From an uncultured bacterium (GTDB lineage: Bacteria > Zhuqueibacterota > QNDG01 > DTFT01): a DNA stretch of 64,000 nt. The stretch spans positions 1 through 64,000 of the forward strand of contig CAVTNR010000028.1 in NCBI GenBank assembly GCA_963736115.1, given 5' to 3'. The position numbers and the translations under genes are program-made. Below are positions 52,060-61,059 of this stretch, piece after piece; within the stretch, counting starts at the first letter, position 1, and the number at the start of each line of letters is the position of its first letter. Below the pieces are notes generated by a model. It was not told the origin of the DNA and did not search any database. It saw nothing but the letters and a program-made list of their open reading frames with translations.

Positions 52060-52135
52060 TGGTTTCCTTTCGTAAACGTTTAAATATACGAAAATTGGCC
52101 GGAAAAATCCACTTTTAATCGGGTGGCGGGGTCCC

Positions 52136-53389
52136 TCATTCCAAGCCTGTTGCGCGTGTCACGATACCGTCCCCGAACTTGTCCCGCAAACTGTCAGCCG
52201 CGCGGTTCAATTTGCCTCTCCGGATGTCTGCTTTCGGTATGAACAGTTCCGTCTGTCCGGTCGTTTCTTCGGACAGGCCGGAAACACCGACTCCGAGAAG
52301 ACGCACTTTGCGTTTTCCGGCGAGCACCGGTCCGGCCAGCCGTAAAACCGCCGCAAATATCCGCTCAGAGAGATCCGTCGGACACTGGAGGGATACGCGT
52401 CTGGAGAGCGTTTCGAAATCCTCAAACCGCACCTTCAGTTCGATGACCCGGCCGGTGCGCTGTGCCCGCCTGAGGCGCAGTCCCACGCGTTCCGACAACT
52501 CAAGCAGAACCGCGTGCAGGAATCCGGGATCCGCTGTATCCTCATCGAAAGTCGTCTCGTTGCTCACGGAACGGACTTCGTGTTCGGTCGTCACCGGAGA
52601 ATCGTCCCTGCCGAACGCGGACTGGCGGAGCCAGTTCGCGCCTTCTCCGCAGATGCGAATCCAATCTTCCTCTCGGATGTCCTGCAGGTCTCCGATGTTC
52701 AAAATGCCAAGCCGGCGAAGACGATCCCGGGTCTTCGGACCGACTCCCGGAATACGACCTACCGGAAGCGGACGAAGAAATACAGCGGTTTCATCCGCCG
52801 GAATCCAAACCAGCCCGTCCGGTTTCCGGAGATCGGAGGCGATCTTGGCGGTTGTTTTGGAACAGCCGATGCCGACCGATGCCGTCAGACCTTCCGATTC
52901 GCGGATCTCCCCTTTGATCGCTGAAGCTGCGTCCAGGGGGGATCCGGAAAGCCGGCCGGTTCCGGTCATGTCCAGGTAAGCTTCGTCCAGACCGGCTGGT
53001 TCGAGGAGAGGTGTGCGGGCCGACAGCAGGGCCATGATGCGGCCGCTGATTTCTTCATACCGGCTGAAACGCGGACGGACGAACGCGCCCTCGGGGCAGA
53101 GACGGAAAGCCTTTGAAATCGGCATGGCGGAAGCAATTCCGAAACGCCTCGCTTCATAGGATGCGGCGGAAACAACGCCCCTGCCGTTCCCGCCTTTGGG
53201 ATCGGCTCCGACGATGACCGGTTTTCCCCTCAGGCCGGGGTCGTCCAACTGTTCCACGGACGCGAAAAAGGCGTCCATATCCACATGGAAGATGTGGCGC
53301 GGCTCGGGACGCGGCTCACGACGCGTCTCGCTTCCCGACTCGGGACGCGGCTCATCCATGCCGCGGGGATTGATTATCGGTTCTTTCAC
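52136..53389 (-). CDS. dinB: DNA polymerase IV (Y family)
   Basis: HVDMDAFFASVEQ, AASYEARRFG, LDEAYLD, KIASDLRKPDG. Confidence 0.96.
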   Translation of the reverse strand: MKEPIINPRGMDEPRPESGSETRREPRPEPRHIFHVDMDAFFASVEQLDDPGLRGKPVIVGADPKGGNGRGVVSAASYEARRFGIASAMPISKAFRLCPEGAFVRPRFSRYEEISGRIMALLSARTPLLEPAGLDEAYLDMTGTGRLSGSPLDAASAIKGEIRESEGLTASVGIGCSKTTAKIASDLRKPDGLVWIPADETAVFLRPLPVGRIPGVGPKTRDRLRRLGILNIGDLQDIREEDWIRICGEGANWLRQSAFGRDDSPVTTEHEVRSVSNETTFDEDTADPGFLHAVLLELSERVGLRLRRAQRTGRVIELKVRFEDFETLSRRVSLQCPTDLSERIFAAVLRLAGPVLAGKRKVRLLGVGVSGLSEETTGQTELFIPKADIRRGKLNRAADSLRDKFGDGIVTRATGLE

Positions 53390-53856
53390 TTGTGATATTT
53401 CTCGTTCCGCAGGATGGAAAAGGCCCGGTACAGCTGTTCCAGAAAAATTAAACGCGACATCTCATGAGTGAAGGTCATCGGTGAAATGGAGAGTACGAAA
53501 TCCGAGGCCCGGATCGCGGAATCGCTGAGTCCGGCAGGCCCCCCGATGACGAAACAGGCATCCGCGACGCTGCGGTTCTGTAGGAGTCGGATCTTTTCGG
53601 CGAAATCTTCCGATGAAAGCATCCTGCCCCTGCGGTCGAGGGCCGTCAGGTAACTGCGGGCAGGGACCGTCTCAGCCATGCGGCGCCATTCCTGTTCCCG
53701 GATATCCTCAACCGGCCGGTTCTGTGTGCAGCGGATCTCCCGGACCGTGATGAGCCGCACGGACACGACTCGTTCCAGCCGGCCGAGAAAATCCTTCTCC
53801 CCCTCCAGAATGTAGCCGGACCGCGTGCGGCCGGGAGTCACAATCGAAATACGCAC
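53386..53856 (-). CDS. rlmH: 23S rRNA pseudouridine-1915 N3-methyltransferase
   Basis: LDRRG, FVIGGPAG, MTFTHEMSRLIFLEQLYRA..YHK. Confidence 0.95.
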   Translation of the reverse strand: MRISIVTPGRTRSGYILEGEKDFLGRLERVVSVRLITVREIRCTQNRPVEDIREQEWRRMAETVPARSYLTALDRRGRMLSSEDFAEKIRLLQNRSVADACFVIGGPAGLSDSAIRASDFVLSISPMTFTHEMSRLIFLEQLYRAFSILRNEKYHK

Positions 53857-53879
53857 GGCTCACTCTCCCATCCGCGTTC

Positions 53880-53926
53880 AGTATACGGAAAATGCGTTTG
53901 CGTTTCAAGCGAAAATGTGATAAAAT
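53880..53926. promoter_or_regulatory. Overlapping divergent sigma70-type promoters for rlmH-dinB and pheA
   Basis: Minus: TTGAAA (53908-53903)-17-TATACT (53885-53880). Plus: TTGCGT (53898-53903)-17-TAAAAT (53921-53926) with extended -10 TG. Confidence 0.6.
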
Positions 53927-54108
53927 GAGGAACCCCGCCGCAAAAAGCGGGGCATCACGGGAAACCTGGATGATGGACGCTGCAAGCGGCGGAGAATATA
54001 ACCAGTCGGAGCGGCCAGAAGCCCGATCTCCAATCATCCAGAAAAACTGAGTCCAGAATGACCAGGCTTCTGGCCGCCCGATTGACAGACTTATTGCAGG
54101 AGAATTCC

Positions 54109-54936
54109 ATGCCGAAAGTCGCATTTCAGGGGGAAAAAGGCGCGTTCAGTGAAGACGCCGCAATCCGCTTCTGGCGTTCCGGAGTGTCTCCCGTCCCCCA
54201 CCGGACCTTTCGGGACGTTTTCGACTCCGTCTGGAAGGGACGATGCGAAGCGGGGATCATTCCGATCGAAAACGCGCAGACCGGGAGCATCCATCAGAAC
54301 GTGGATCTGCTCCTCGAATACAGACTGTCCGTGACGGGCGAGATCATTTTGCGCATCCGGCATTGTCTCCTGGCCCTGCCCGGCGTCCGGATGAAGGACG
54401 TCCGCCGCATCCTCTCCCATCCGCAGGCGCTCGAACAGTGTTCCGGTTTCCTGCGTTCAAAAAAAGGCATCGCCTCCGTTCCGACCCACGATACGGCCGG
54501 ATCCGCGAAGATGATCAGCGAGGAACGCCAGAAGGACAGCGCGGCCATCGCCAGCGCGCGGGCAGGTCAGGACTATGGCCTCGCCGTGCTGAAACGCGGC
54601 ATTGAGAATCACGAGCAGAATTATACACGCTTTCTGGTCATTTCGAAAAAGGCCGGCTCTCCGACGCGCGGGGCCAAAACATCGGTTGTATTCAGCCTCA
54701 AGGACATCCCCGGGGGGCTTTACAAAGCGCTCAGCGTTTTCGCGCTCAGAGACATCAACTTGCTGAAAATCGAATCCCGCCCCATGCGAAAAGGCCCTTG
54801 GAAATACTGGTTTTATCTGGACTTCGAAGGCGCCATGCTCGATTCGCACTGCTCCAGGGCCATCGATCATCTCGGCGAAATCACGACATACCTGAAAGTA
54901 CTGGGATCCTACCCGCTCGGACGTGTCATCGAATAA
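54109..54936 (+). CDS. pheA: Prephenate dehydratase (PDT + ACT)
   Basis: FQGEKGAFSE, PIEN, SHPQALEQC, NYTRF, LLKIESRP; AGGAGA RBS before ATG 54109. Confidence 0.96.
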   Translation: MPKVAFQGEKGAFSEDAAIRFWRSGVSPVPHRTFRDVFDSVWKGRCEAGIIPIENAQTGSIHQNVDLLLEYRLSVTGEIILRIRHCLLALPGVRMKDVRRILSHPQALEQCSGFLRSKKGIASVPTHDTAGSAKMISEERQKDSAAIASARAGQDYGLAVLKRGIENHEQNYTRFLVISKKAGSPTRGAKTSVVFSLKDIPGGLYKALSVFALRDINLLKIESRPMRKGPWKYWFYLDFEGAMLDSHCSRAIDHLGEITTYLKVLGSYPLGRVIE

Positions 54937-54946
54937 TGTTCAAAAC

Positions 54947-54980
54947 AGAGAGGGGAACCGGACCGCCGGTTCCCCTCTTT
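54947..54980. terminator. Probable bidirectional terminator between convergent pheA and MerR genes
   Basis: Perfect 13 bp stem AGAGGGGAACCGG-ACCG-CCGGTTCCCCTCT with an A tract before and T residues after. Confidence 0.75.
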
Positions 54981-55009
54981 CCTGATCTATTTCCGCTGGA
55001 CCATTCCGT

Positions 55010-55381
55010 TTATCCGATCATTTCCCGCAACTCCTCCAGCCCTTTCCGTATTTCAATCAACCTGTCCACGAGGCTGCGGCTGACCGCCGTCCGGCCCGGA
55101 GAAGAAACTTCTTCGATCCGGCCTTCCTCTCCGTCCGGTTCCCGGGTCTCCAGTCTTCTGGCGATGTCCAGATCGTCCAGACCGGCCGACACCCAGTCGC
55201 GGATCTGCTCGACGGTATGGATGTCGGAAGGACGGTAGAGACGCTTGCCGGATTTGGACTTGGCCGGACGCAATTGGGGGAATTTCCGTTCCCAGGCCTT
55301 CAACGTATGGCTGGAAATCCCGGTCGCGTCGCAGATTTCCTTCATCGTGAAATAAAGGCGGCGTATTTCCGGAACGGTCAT
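55010..55381 (-). CDS. MerR-family transcriptional regulator
   Basis: YFTMKEIC..HTLKAWERKFPQLRP.K...GKRLYR MerR HTH pattern. Confidence 0.85.
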   Translation of the reverse strand: MTVPEIRRLYFTMKEICDATGISSHTLKAWERKFPQLRPAKSKSGKRLYRPSDIHTVEQIRDWVSAGLDDLDIARRLETREPDGEEGRIEEVSSPGRTAVSRSLVDRLIEIRKGLEELREMIG

Positions 55382-55415
55382 AGTGGAATCCGCAGGAAGT
55401 GATCGGACCGGCCGC

Positions 55416-56207
55416 TCAGTCGGACGAAGGCTTGACCAGCGCCGTGCCGTGAGAACAGAAATTGATCACGCGAAGCTTGACATCCTCGAGAAAACCCAGC
55501 GGAGAACCGGTTAATTTGGACCTGAGGCTCAGCCTCCCATCGAAAAGATAATACGCCTTTCTCTCAAAAACAAGCGTTTTATCCCCCGGTTTCCGGAGCC
55601 AGAATCCGGCGGCCTTGTCGTATCCGGCCCGACGCATGGCGTCGAGAACACCGTCGTTGTACCGTCCGAAAGGGAAAGAAAGAAAACGGACCGGCTGGTT
55701 CAAACCGTCCTCCAGGGTCCGCCTGGAATCCCTGAGTTCTGCGTCCATGCGTGAGGCGGAAACCCGGGTCAAGTCCGGGTGCCGCGCGGTATGCGAACCG
55801 ATTTCCCAGCCCGCGTCCCGGAGCTCACACAGGCGGGGCCAGTCCAGGTGCGTGAACCGGATCCATCCGAGATTCACATCCCAGGTGTTTTCGAGACCGA
55901 CGTAATCCGTGATCACGAATACCGTCGCCCGGAAGCCGGCCGCGGCGAGAATGGGTAAAGCGTTCCGGTGAACGCTCTCATAAGAATCGTCGAATGTCAG
56001 AACGACCGGCTTCTCGGGAAGGCGCGCGGGATCCGCGCAATCCGCGAGGGAGACGGAAGCATACCCCCGGTCCCGCAATTCTGACACGACCCGGCTGAAC
56101 CGCGACCGGCCGATCCGCGTCACACCCCATTCAAACCGGTCGTCCACTTTGTGGAAGGCGAGAACCGGAACGGGACGGATGGACGGAGGCGTCGCTCCGG
56201 ACTTCAG
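55416..56207 (-). CDS. Polysaccharide deacetylase (NodB homology)
   Basis: VLAFHKV, LTFDDSY, EIGSHTARHPDL, SFPFGRY. Start uncertain: in-frame CTG 56207 overlapping the upstream stop, or GTG 56309. Confidence 0.85.
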   Translation of the reverse strand: MKSGATPPSIRPVPVLAFHKVDDRFEWGVTRIGRSRFSRVVSELRDRGYASVSLADCADPARLPEKPVVLTFDDSYESVHRNALPILAAAGFRATVFVITDYVGLENTWDVNLGWIRFTHLDWPRLCELRDAGWEIGSHTARHPDLTRVSASRMDAELRDSRRTLEDGLNQPVRFLSFPFGRYNDGVLDAMRRAGYDKAAGFWLRKPGDKTLVFERKAYYLFDGRLSLRSKLTGSPLGFLEDVKLRVINFCSHGTALVKPSSD

Positions 56208-57442
56208 CCGATCTTCCTCGGTCTCACCAGGACCGTGTAGGGTTCCATGCCGTCCAGCACGGACTCTGCCGCAGCGCGGATGTCCCGCATCGAAACCGAC
56301 CGGAAACACCGCATGACCCGCTCGATGGGGGTATAGGATTTTGTGTAGGCTTCCATTTTCGCCAGCCGGCTCATCCGGTGGCCGCAGTCCTCGTACGTCA
56401 GATGCAGATTCCCGATAATCTGAGATTTTACCCGTTCGAGAGCGGCCGCGGGCATCCCTTCCCGGACCAGAAGCCGTGTCTCGGTCCGGATGGCCTCAAG
56501 CGCGCGTTCCAAGGTTTCCGGCGAAGTGCTCGCGTAAACGCCCCAGAGTCCTGAGTCGGACCAGAAATCCAGAAATGAATAAACGGAGTAGGAAAGTCCC
56601 TGCTCCTCCCGCAGTTTCTGAAAAAGGCGCGAGCTCATGCCGCCCCCGAAATACGTGTCCAGTATCAGCAGCGGAAATTTGCGGGCGTCGGTGTAGGACA
56701 CGCCGGGTGCGCCGGTGCAGACATGCCCCTGGGAAATCGGAGCGCGCACCGTGCGGGTCCGGACCGAACCGATGCCGGGGGGAAGCCCCTTCGCCGGCCG
56801 TCCGGCGCCGAGATCCCGGAAACGACTGTCGATCAGACTGCAGAGACGGCGATGGTCCACGTTGCCGGCCGCCGACACAATGCAATTGGGGAAAGTGTAC
56901 CGGGATTTCCGGTACGTCAGCATATCCTCGCGACGGATGCCGCGGAGGGTGGTCGGCGAACCCAGGATGGGCGCGCCGAGCGGATGCCGAGGGAAAACCG
57001 TTTCGACAAACCGCTCGTGAATCAGGTCCTCAGGCGTATCCTGCACATTGCGGATTTCTTCGAGAATGATGCCCTTTTCGCTCCGCAGATCCGAGGGTCG
57101 GAGAACAGGATGCTGAACGATGTCCGCGAGAACGTCCACGGCCTGTTCGAGATGCTCATCCAGGACGAGGGCGCAGAAGCAGGTAAATTCCTTCTCGGTG
57201 AAGGCGTTCAGGTGACCGCCCAGGGATTCCAGGCTCACGGCGATTTCATAGGAACTCCTCTGCCCGGTACCCTTGAACGCCATGTGCTCGAGCAGATGGC
57301 TGAGGCCGCCGGTCCGGGCGGCCTCGTGGCGCGAGCCTGAGGTGATCCAGACGCCGATGGAGACGGAACGGATCCAGGGCATGGACTCCGTGACGACGCG
57401 GAGTCCGCTGTCCAGCCGGGTCTTCCGGTACCGGACGCTCAT
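56204..57442 (-). CDS. M16 family (pitrilysin-like) zinc peptidase
   Basis: HLLEHMAFKG inverted zincin, LNAFT, GGGMSSRLFQKLREEQGLSYSV; usual position after pnp. Confidence 0.93.
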   Translation of the reverse strand: MSVRYRKTRLDSGLRVVTESMPWIRSVSIGVWITSGSRHEAARTGGLSHLLEHMAFKGTGQRSSYEIAVSLESLGGHLNAFTEKEFTCFCALVLDEHLEQAVDVLADIVQHPVLRPSDLRSEKGIILEEIRNVQDTPEDLIHERFVETVFPRHPLGAPILGSPTTLRGIRREDMLTYRKSRYTFPNCIVSAAGNVDHRRLCSLIDSRFRDLGAGRPAKGLPPGIGSVRTRTVRAPISQGHVCTGAPGVSYTDARKFPLLILDTYFGGGMSSRLFQKLREEQGLSYSVYSFLDFWSDSGLWGVYASTSPETLERALEAIRTETRLLVREGMPAAALERVKSQIIGNLHLTYEDCGHRMSRLAKMEAYTKSYTPIERVMRCFRSVSMRDIRAAAESVLDGMEPYTVLVRPRKIG

Positions 57443-59598
57443 CGGCGCCGGGGCGGCCTGTCGTTTCCACCGTCGCGGGGCGGCCGGTCGTTTCCGCCTT
57501 CCCGAGGCGGCTCACCCGCGGGCTTCTCGAGGAGGACTTTGCGGCTCAGCTCGTATTTGCCTTCCGGGCTGACGCTGAGAAGCTTCACCTCCACCTCATC
57601 GCCGACCTTCATGTATTCCTCAACCCGGGCAACGCGGTGGTGGGCGATCTCCGAGATGTGCAGCAGTCCTTCCTTGCCGGGGAGAATTTCCACGAACGCC
57701 CCGAAATTGGTCGTCTTGGTGACCCGGCCCTTGTAGATTGTGCCGGGTTCCGGTCTTTTCGTGAGTCCTTCGATGATTTCGCGCGCCATCCGGCATGCGG
57801 CGTCATCCGCCGATGCGATCTGAATCGTGCCGTCGTCCTCAATGTTGATCTCCGCGCCGGAACGTTCGCAGATCTCGCGTATCATCTTGCCGCCGGGGCC
57901 GATGACCGCGCCGATCTGGTCTACGTCGATCTTGATCCAGATGATGCGGGGCGCGTACGGCGAGAGTTCGGGCTTCGGCGCGGCGATCGTCCTGTCCATG
58001 ATGTCCAGAATGTGGGTACGGCCGGCCTTCGCCTTCTCCAGTGCCTCGCGCATCAACGCGGAGGAAATCCCCTTGATCTTGATGTCCATCTGGAATGCGG
58101 TGACGCCCTTGCGGGTGCCGGTCACCTTGAAGTCCATGTCGCCGACGTGATCCTCGTCGCCCAGGATGTCGGTGAGCACCGCCACCTGGTCGCCTTCCTT
58201 GACGAGTCCCATGGCGATGCCTGCCACGCTCGACTTCACGGGAACGCCCGCGTCCATCAGCGCCAGCGAGCCCGCGCAGACCGTGGCCATCGAGGAGGAC
58301 CCGTTGGATTCCAGAATGTCGGAAACGATCCGGAGCGTGTACGGAAAAGCCGATTCCGTGGGGATGACGGCCTTCAGCGCGCGTTCGGCCAGGTTACCGT
58401 GTCCGATTTCCCTGCGGCTCGGACCGCGAAAGGGTTTCACCTCTCCGACGCTGAAGGGCGGAAAATTATAATGGAGCATATAGGTCTTCCAGGACTCCCC
58501 CTCCAGCCCTTCGATTCTCTGCTCGTCCGTTTTCGTCCCCAGCGTGGCCACGGTCATGCTCTGGGTTTCGCCGCGGGTGAAGAGCGCCGATCCGTGCGTG
58601 CGCGGAAGGACCGCGATCTCGCAGGCGATGGGACGGATTTCGTCGACGCCCCGTCCGTCGATGCGCTTTTTCTCGGAGAGAATTTTTTTCCGGATGATTT
58701 CCCGCTCGCACTCGTCGAAAATTTCCCCGACGATTGCTTCCGATTCCGGGAAGGCTTCAGCCGTGGACGTCCTGATTTCGTCGAGAATCGCATGGACGGC
58801 GCGGCGCCGTTCGAGTTTCGAGACAGTCTGCAGGGCCGCGGGTAATTTTGCCATCGCCGTCCGGCGGACGGCTTCAACGAGCCCCTCCGGAATCGCGCGC
58901 TCCGGCACCGGGCGTTTGGTCCTCCCCGCCTCGGCGACGAGTTCCTTCTGAAGCCGGACGATTTTCCGGCAGGCCTCATGGGCGAACTCGAGGGCCGCCA
59001 CCATGTCGTCTTCGGAAATTTCGGCCGCCTCGCCCTCGACCATCGCGATGGCGTCCTCGGACGCCGCGACCACCACATTCATGTCGCTTTCGGTCAGCTG
59101 GGCGAAAGTGGGATTGAGGATGAGTTCCCGGTTCACGCGGCCGACCCGGACGGCGCCGATGGGTCCGTCAAAGGGGATGTCCGAGATGCACACGGCCGCC
59201 GATGCGCCGATGATTCCGAGCACGTCCGGGTCGTGCTCGCGGTCGGACGACAGAACCGACACGAACACCTGCACTTCGTACGGGAAAAATTTCGGGAACA
59301 GGGGCCGGATGGGCCGGTCGACCAGACGGGAACTGAGCGTCTCCTTTTCGGTGGGTCTGCCCTCCCGCTTGAAAAATCCGCCCGGTATTTTGCCCACGGC
59401 GAAGGCTTTTTCGCGGTATTCGACGGAAAGGGGGAAGAATCCCGCGTTTTCCTTCGGGGTCTGGGATCCCACGACCGTCGCCAGTACGACGGTGTCGCCG
59501 TAACGGACAACAACCGCGCCGTCTGCCTGCTTGGCCAGCCTGCCGGTTTCCAGCCCGAGCGTCTGCCCGGCCAGATCCAAGGTTTTATTCAATGTCAT
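57439..59598 (-). CDS. pnp: Polyribonucleotide nucleotidyltransferase
   Basis: FFPLSVEYRE, RREIGHG, ESNGSSSMA, GDMDFKV, KH and S1 domains. Confidence 0.98.
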   Translation of the reverse strand: MTLNKTLDLAGQTLGLETGRLAKQADGAVVVRYGDTVVLATVVGSQTPKENAGFFPLSVEYREKAFAVGKIPGGFFKREGRPTEKETLSSRLVDRPIRPLFPKFFPYEVQVFVSVLSSDREHDPDVLGIIGASAAVCISDIPFDGPIGAVRVGRVNRELILNPTFAQLTESDMNVVVAASEDAIAMVEGEAAEISEDDMVAALEFAHEACRKIVRLQKELVAEAGRTKRPVPERAIPEGLVEAVRRTAMAKLPAALQTVSKLERRRAVHAILDEIRTSTAEAFPESEAIVGEIFDECEREIIRKKILSEKKRIDGRGVDEIRPIACEIAVLPRTHGSALFTRGETQSMTVATLGTKTDEQRIEGLEGESWKTYMLHYNFPPFSVGEVKPFRGPSRREIGHGNLAERALKAVIPTESAFPYTLRIVSDILESNGSSSMATVCAGSLALMDAGVPVKSSVAGIAMGLVKEGDQVAVLTDILGDEDHVGDMDFKVTGTRKGVTAFQMDIKIKGISSALMREALEKAKAGRTHILDIMDRTIAAPKPELSPYAPRIIWIKIDVDQIGAVIGPGGKMIREICERSGAEINIEDDGTIQIASADDAACRMAREIIEGLTKRPEPGTIYKGRVTKTTNFGAFVEILPGKEGLLHISEIAHHRVARVEEYMKVGDEVEVKLLSVSPEGKYELSRKVLLEKPAGEPPREGGNDRPPRDGGNDRPPRRR

Positions 59599-59625
59599 GA
59601 TGTCTCCTGTATCCCTGACGATAGG

Positions 59626-61059
59626 TCAGGGCTTTTTATTGGATTTTCCCCCCGCGCCGGAGAGCCCGGATGGTTCCGGGTTTTCCGCGGAGTCTTTCTC
59701 TGCGGTCCATGCGTTGCGCGAAGGCGTGAGATGCTTGAAAATGTCGTTCCGGGCCGTTGCGACCCAGCGAGTCGAACGGTTGATGAGAAACAGGGTGCGG
59801 ATATCCCGGGCCTTTCCGAATCCGATCCGGGCCACCGATTCGCCTCCCTCCCCTTCCAGGATGACCTCGCGGCCGGCCGGTTCAAGCCCGTAGCGGGACA
59901 GTCCGTCCGGGTTCCGGGTGATCGTGGTCTCCGCCTTGAGAGAAGCCAGTGCGGTCAGCAGATCCTCGACCCGTTTTCCGTCCGCCCGTTCCGGCGCCGG
60001 CGGATCGAAAATCCATGTGCCTGAAGAATCCTTCCGGAAGGCCACCGATCCGGAGGACGGCGAGCGGATCTCGACGCGCTTCACTTTCCATTCCTCGAAG
60101 GGCGCGACCTTCGTCTCGCGGAAATCATCCGCCCGTTTCAGAAGGGCGTTGACGAGTCCGGTGTCCACCAGCAGAACGGACGGCCTGGTCGAATCCGCGG
60201 CATAGACCTGCCCGGCCCGGCGGGTTCCGAACAGGAGCGTTTTCCGTACGGAATCAGGACCTGCGGTCACGGTGAGCCGGATTCCGGGCGGGTCGAGTCC
60301 GACCCTGGACCGGGACACCGGAGAATTGTCGACAAAGGACTTGACCTCGGCCCATCGGATGCGGTTGAGCAGTTCGTCGACGGGAGCCGTCGCGGCCGCG
60401 GCTTCGATCGGTTTCCGGATTTCCCAGCCGCCGTTCTGCTTTTCGATGACCAGGAGTCCGGCCGGACGCCGGATCTCCACGCGCAGTACCTCGTCTTTTT
60501 CGAATGACAGCACGGAACGGTCACGGAGTTCGAAAAGCGGACGGACAAGCGACGATCTCAGGGACGCATCCGTCAAAACGGCCCGGTCCTGCCCCGGACG
60601 CCGGACATAGATGAAGGCGCCTGTGGGATTGGCATCTCCGATCAGGAGGGTATCGGTTTTACCTTCATCCGGAACGACAAACACGGTCAACTCGGGATAC
60701 TCCAGCCCGTAGGCGGCCCAGTCCTCGATGCCTTCCATCACGCGTTCCGTTTTCGCCCGGCGGATCGCCGAAATGAGGTTCCCCACGACAGTGCAGTCGG
60801 CGGGCGAATCCACCGGCGAAAGAATGCGCCAGGATCCCCCTTGCCGCTCCACAATCAGCGTCTCGGATCCGGAGGCGGACGCCTCCGCCGGGCGTCGGAT
60901 GGTGAGCCGCCGGATCCCGTCCGCGCCCGTGGAAATGAGACGGCCGGAACGCTCCGCCTGTTCGGAACGCCGGACGCCGCCCCGGATTTCCAGAAAATAA
61001 ACCGCTGCCGCGGCAGCGACGCACACAATCAAGAGGATCAGCGTGGAACGCGCCTTCAT
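59626..61059 (-). CDS. DUF4340 domain-containing protein
   Basis: N-terminal membrane anchor and three repeats with YGLE/GLDPP motifs; usual partner of GldG-type ABC modules. Confidence 0.8.
   Translation of the reverse strand: MKARSTLILLIVCVAAAAAVYFLEIRGGVRRSEQAERSGRLISTGADGIRRLTIRRPAEASASGSETLIVERQGGSWRILSPVDSPADCTVVGNLISAIRRAKTERVMEGIEDWAAYGLEYPELTVFVVPDEGKTDTLLIGDANPTGAFIYVRRPGQDRAVLTDASLRSSLVRPLFELRDRSVLSFEKDEVLRVEIRRPAGLLVIEKQNGGWEIRKPIEAAAATAPVDELLNRIRWAEVKSFVDNSPVSRSRVGLDPPGIRLTVTAGPDSVRKTLLFGTRRAGQVYAADSTRPSVLLVDTGLVNALLKRADDFRETKVAPFEEWKVKRVEIRSPSSGSVAFRKDSSGTWIFDPPAPERADGKRVEDLLTALASLKAETTITRNPDGLSRYGLEPAGREVILEGEGGESVARIGFGKARDIRTLFLINRSTRWVATARNDIFKHLTPSRNAWTAEKDSAENPEPSGLSGAGGKSNKKP

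Noticed and set aside
53300-53355. Short GGGACGCGGCTC repeats at the dinB 5' end
   Set aside because: Encode a disordered EPRPE-like extension; too short and irregular to be an element.
53932-54108. T-box, Phe leader-peptide attenuator, c-di-GMP-I riboswitch or 6S RNA as identity of the pheA leader
   Set aside because: No T-box sequence, no Phe codon run, only fragmentary GAAA/GACGC similarity to c-di-GMP-I, and no end-to-end pairing as in 6S.
57450-57504. Imperfect 27 bp tandem repeat at the pnp 3' end (GGNDRPPR twice)
   Set aside because: Low-complexity C-terminal tails are common in PNPase.
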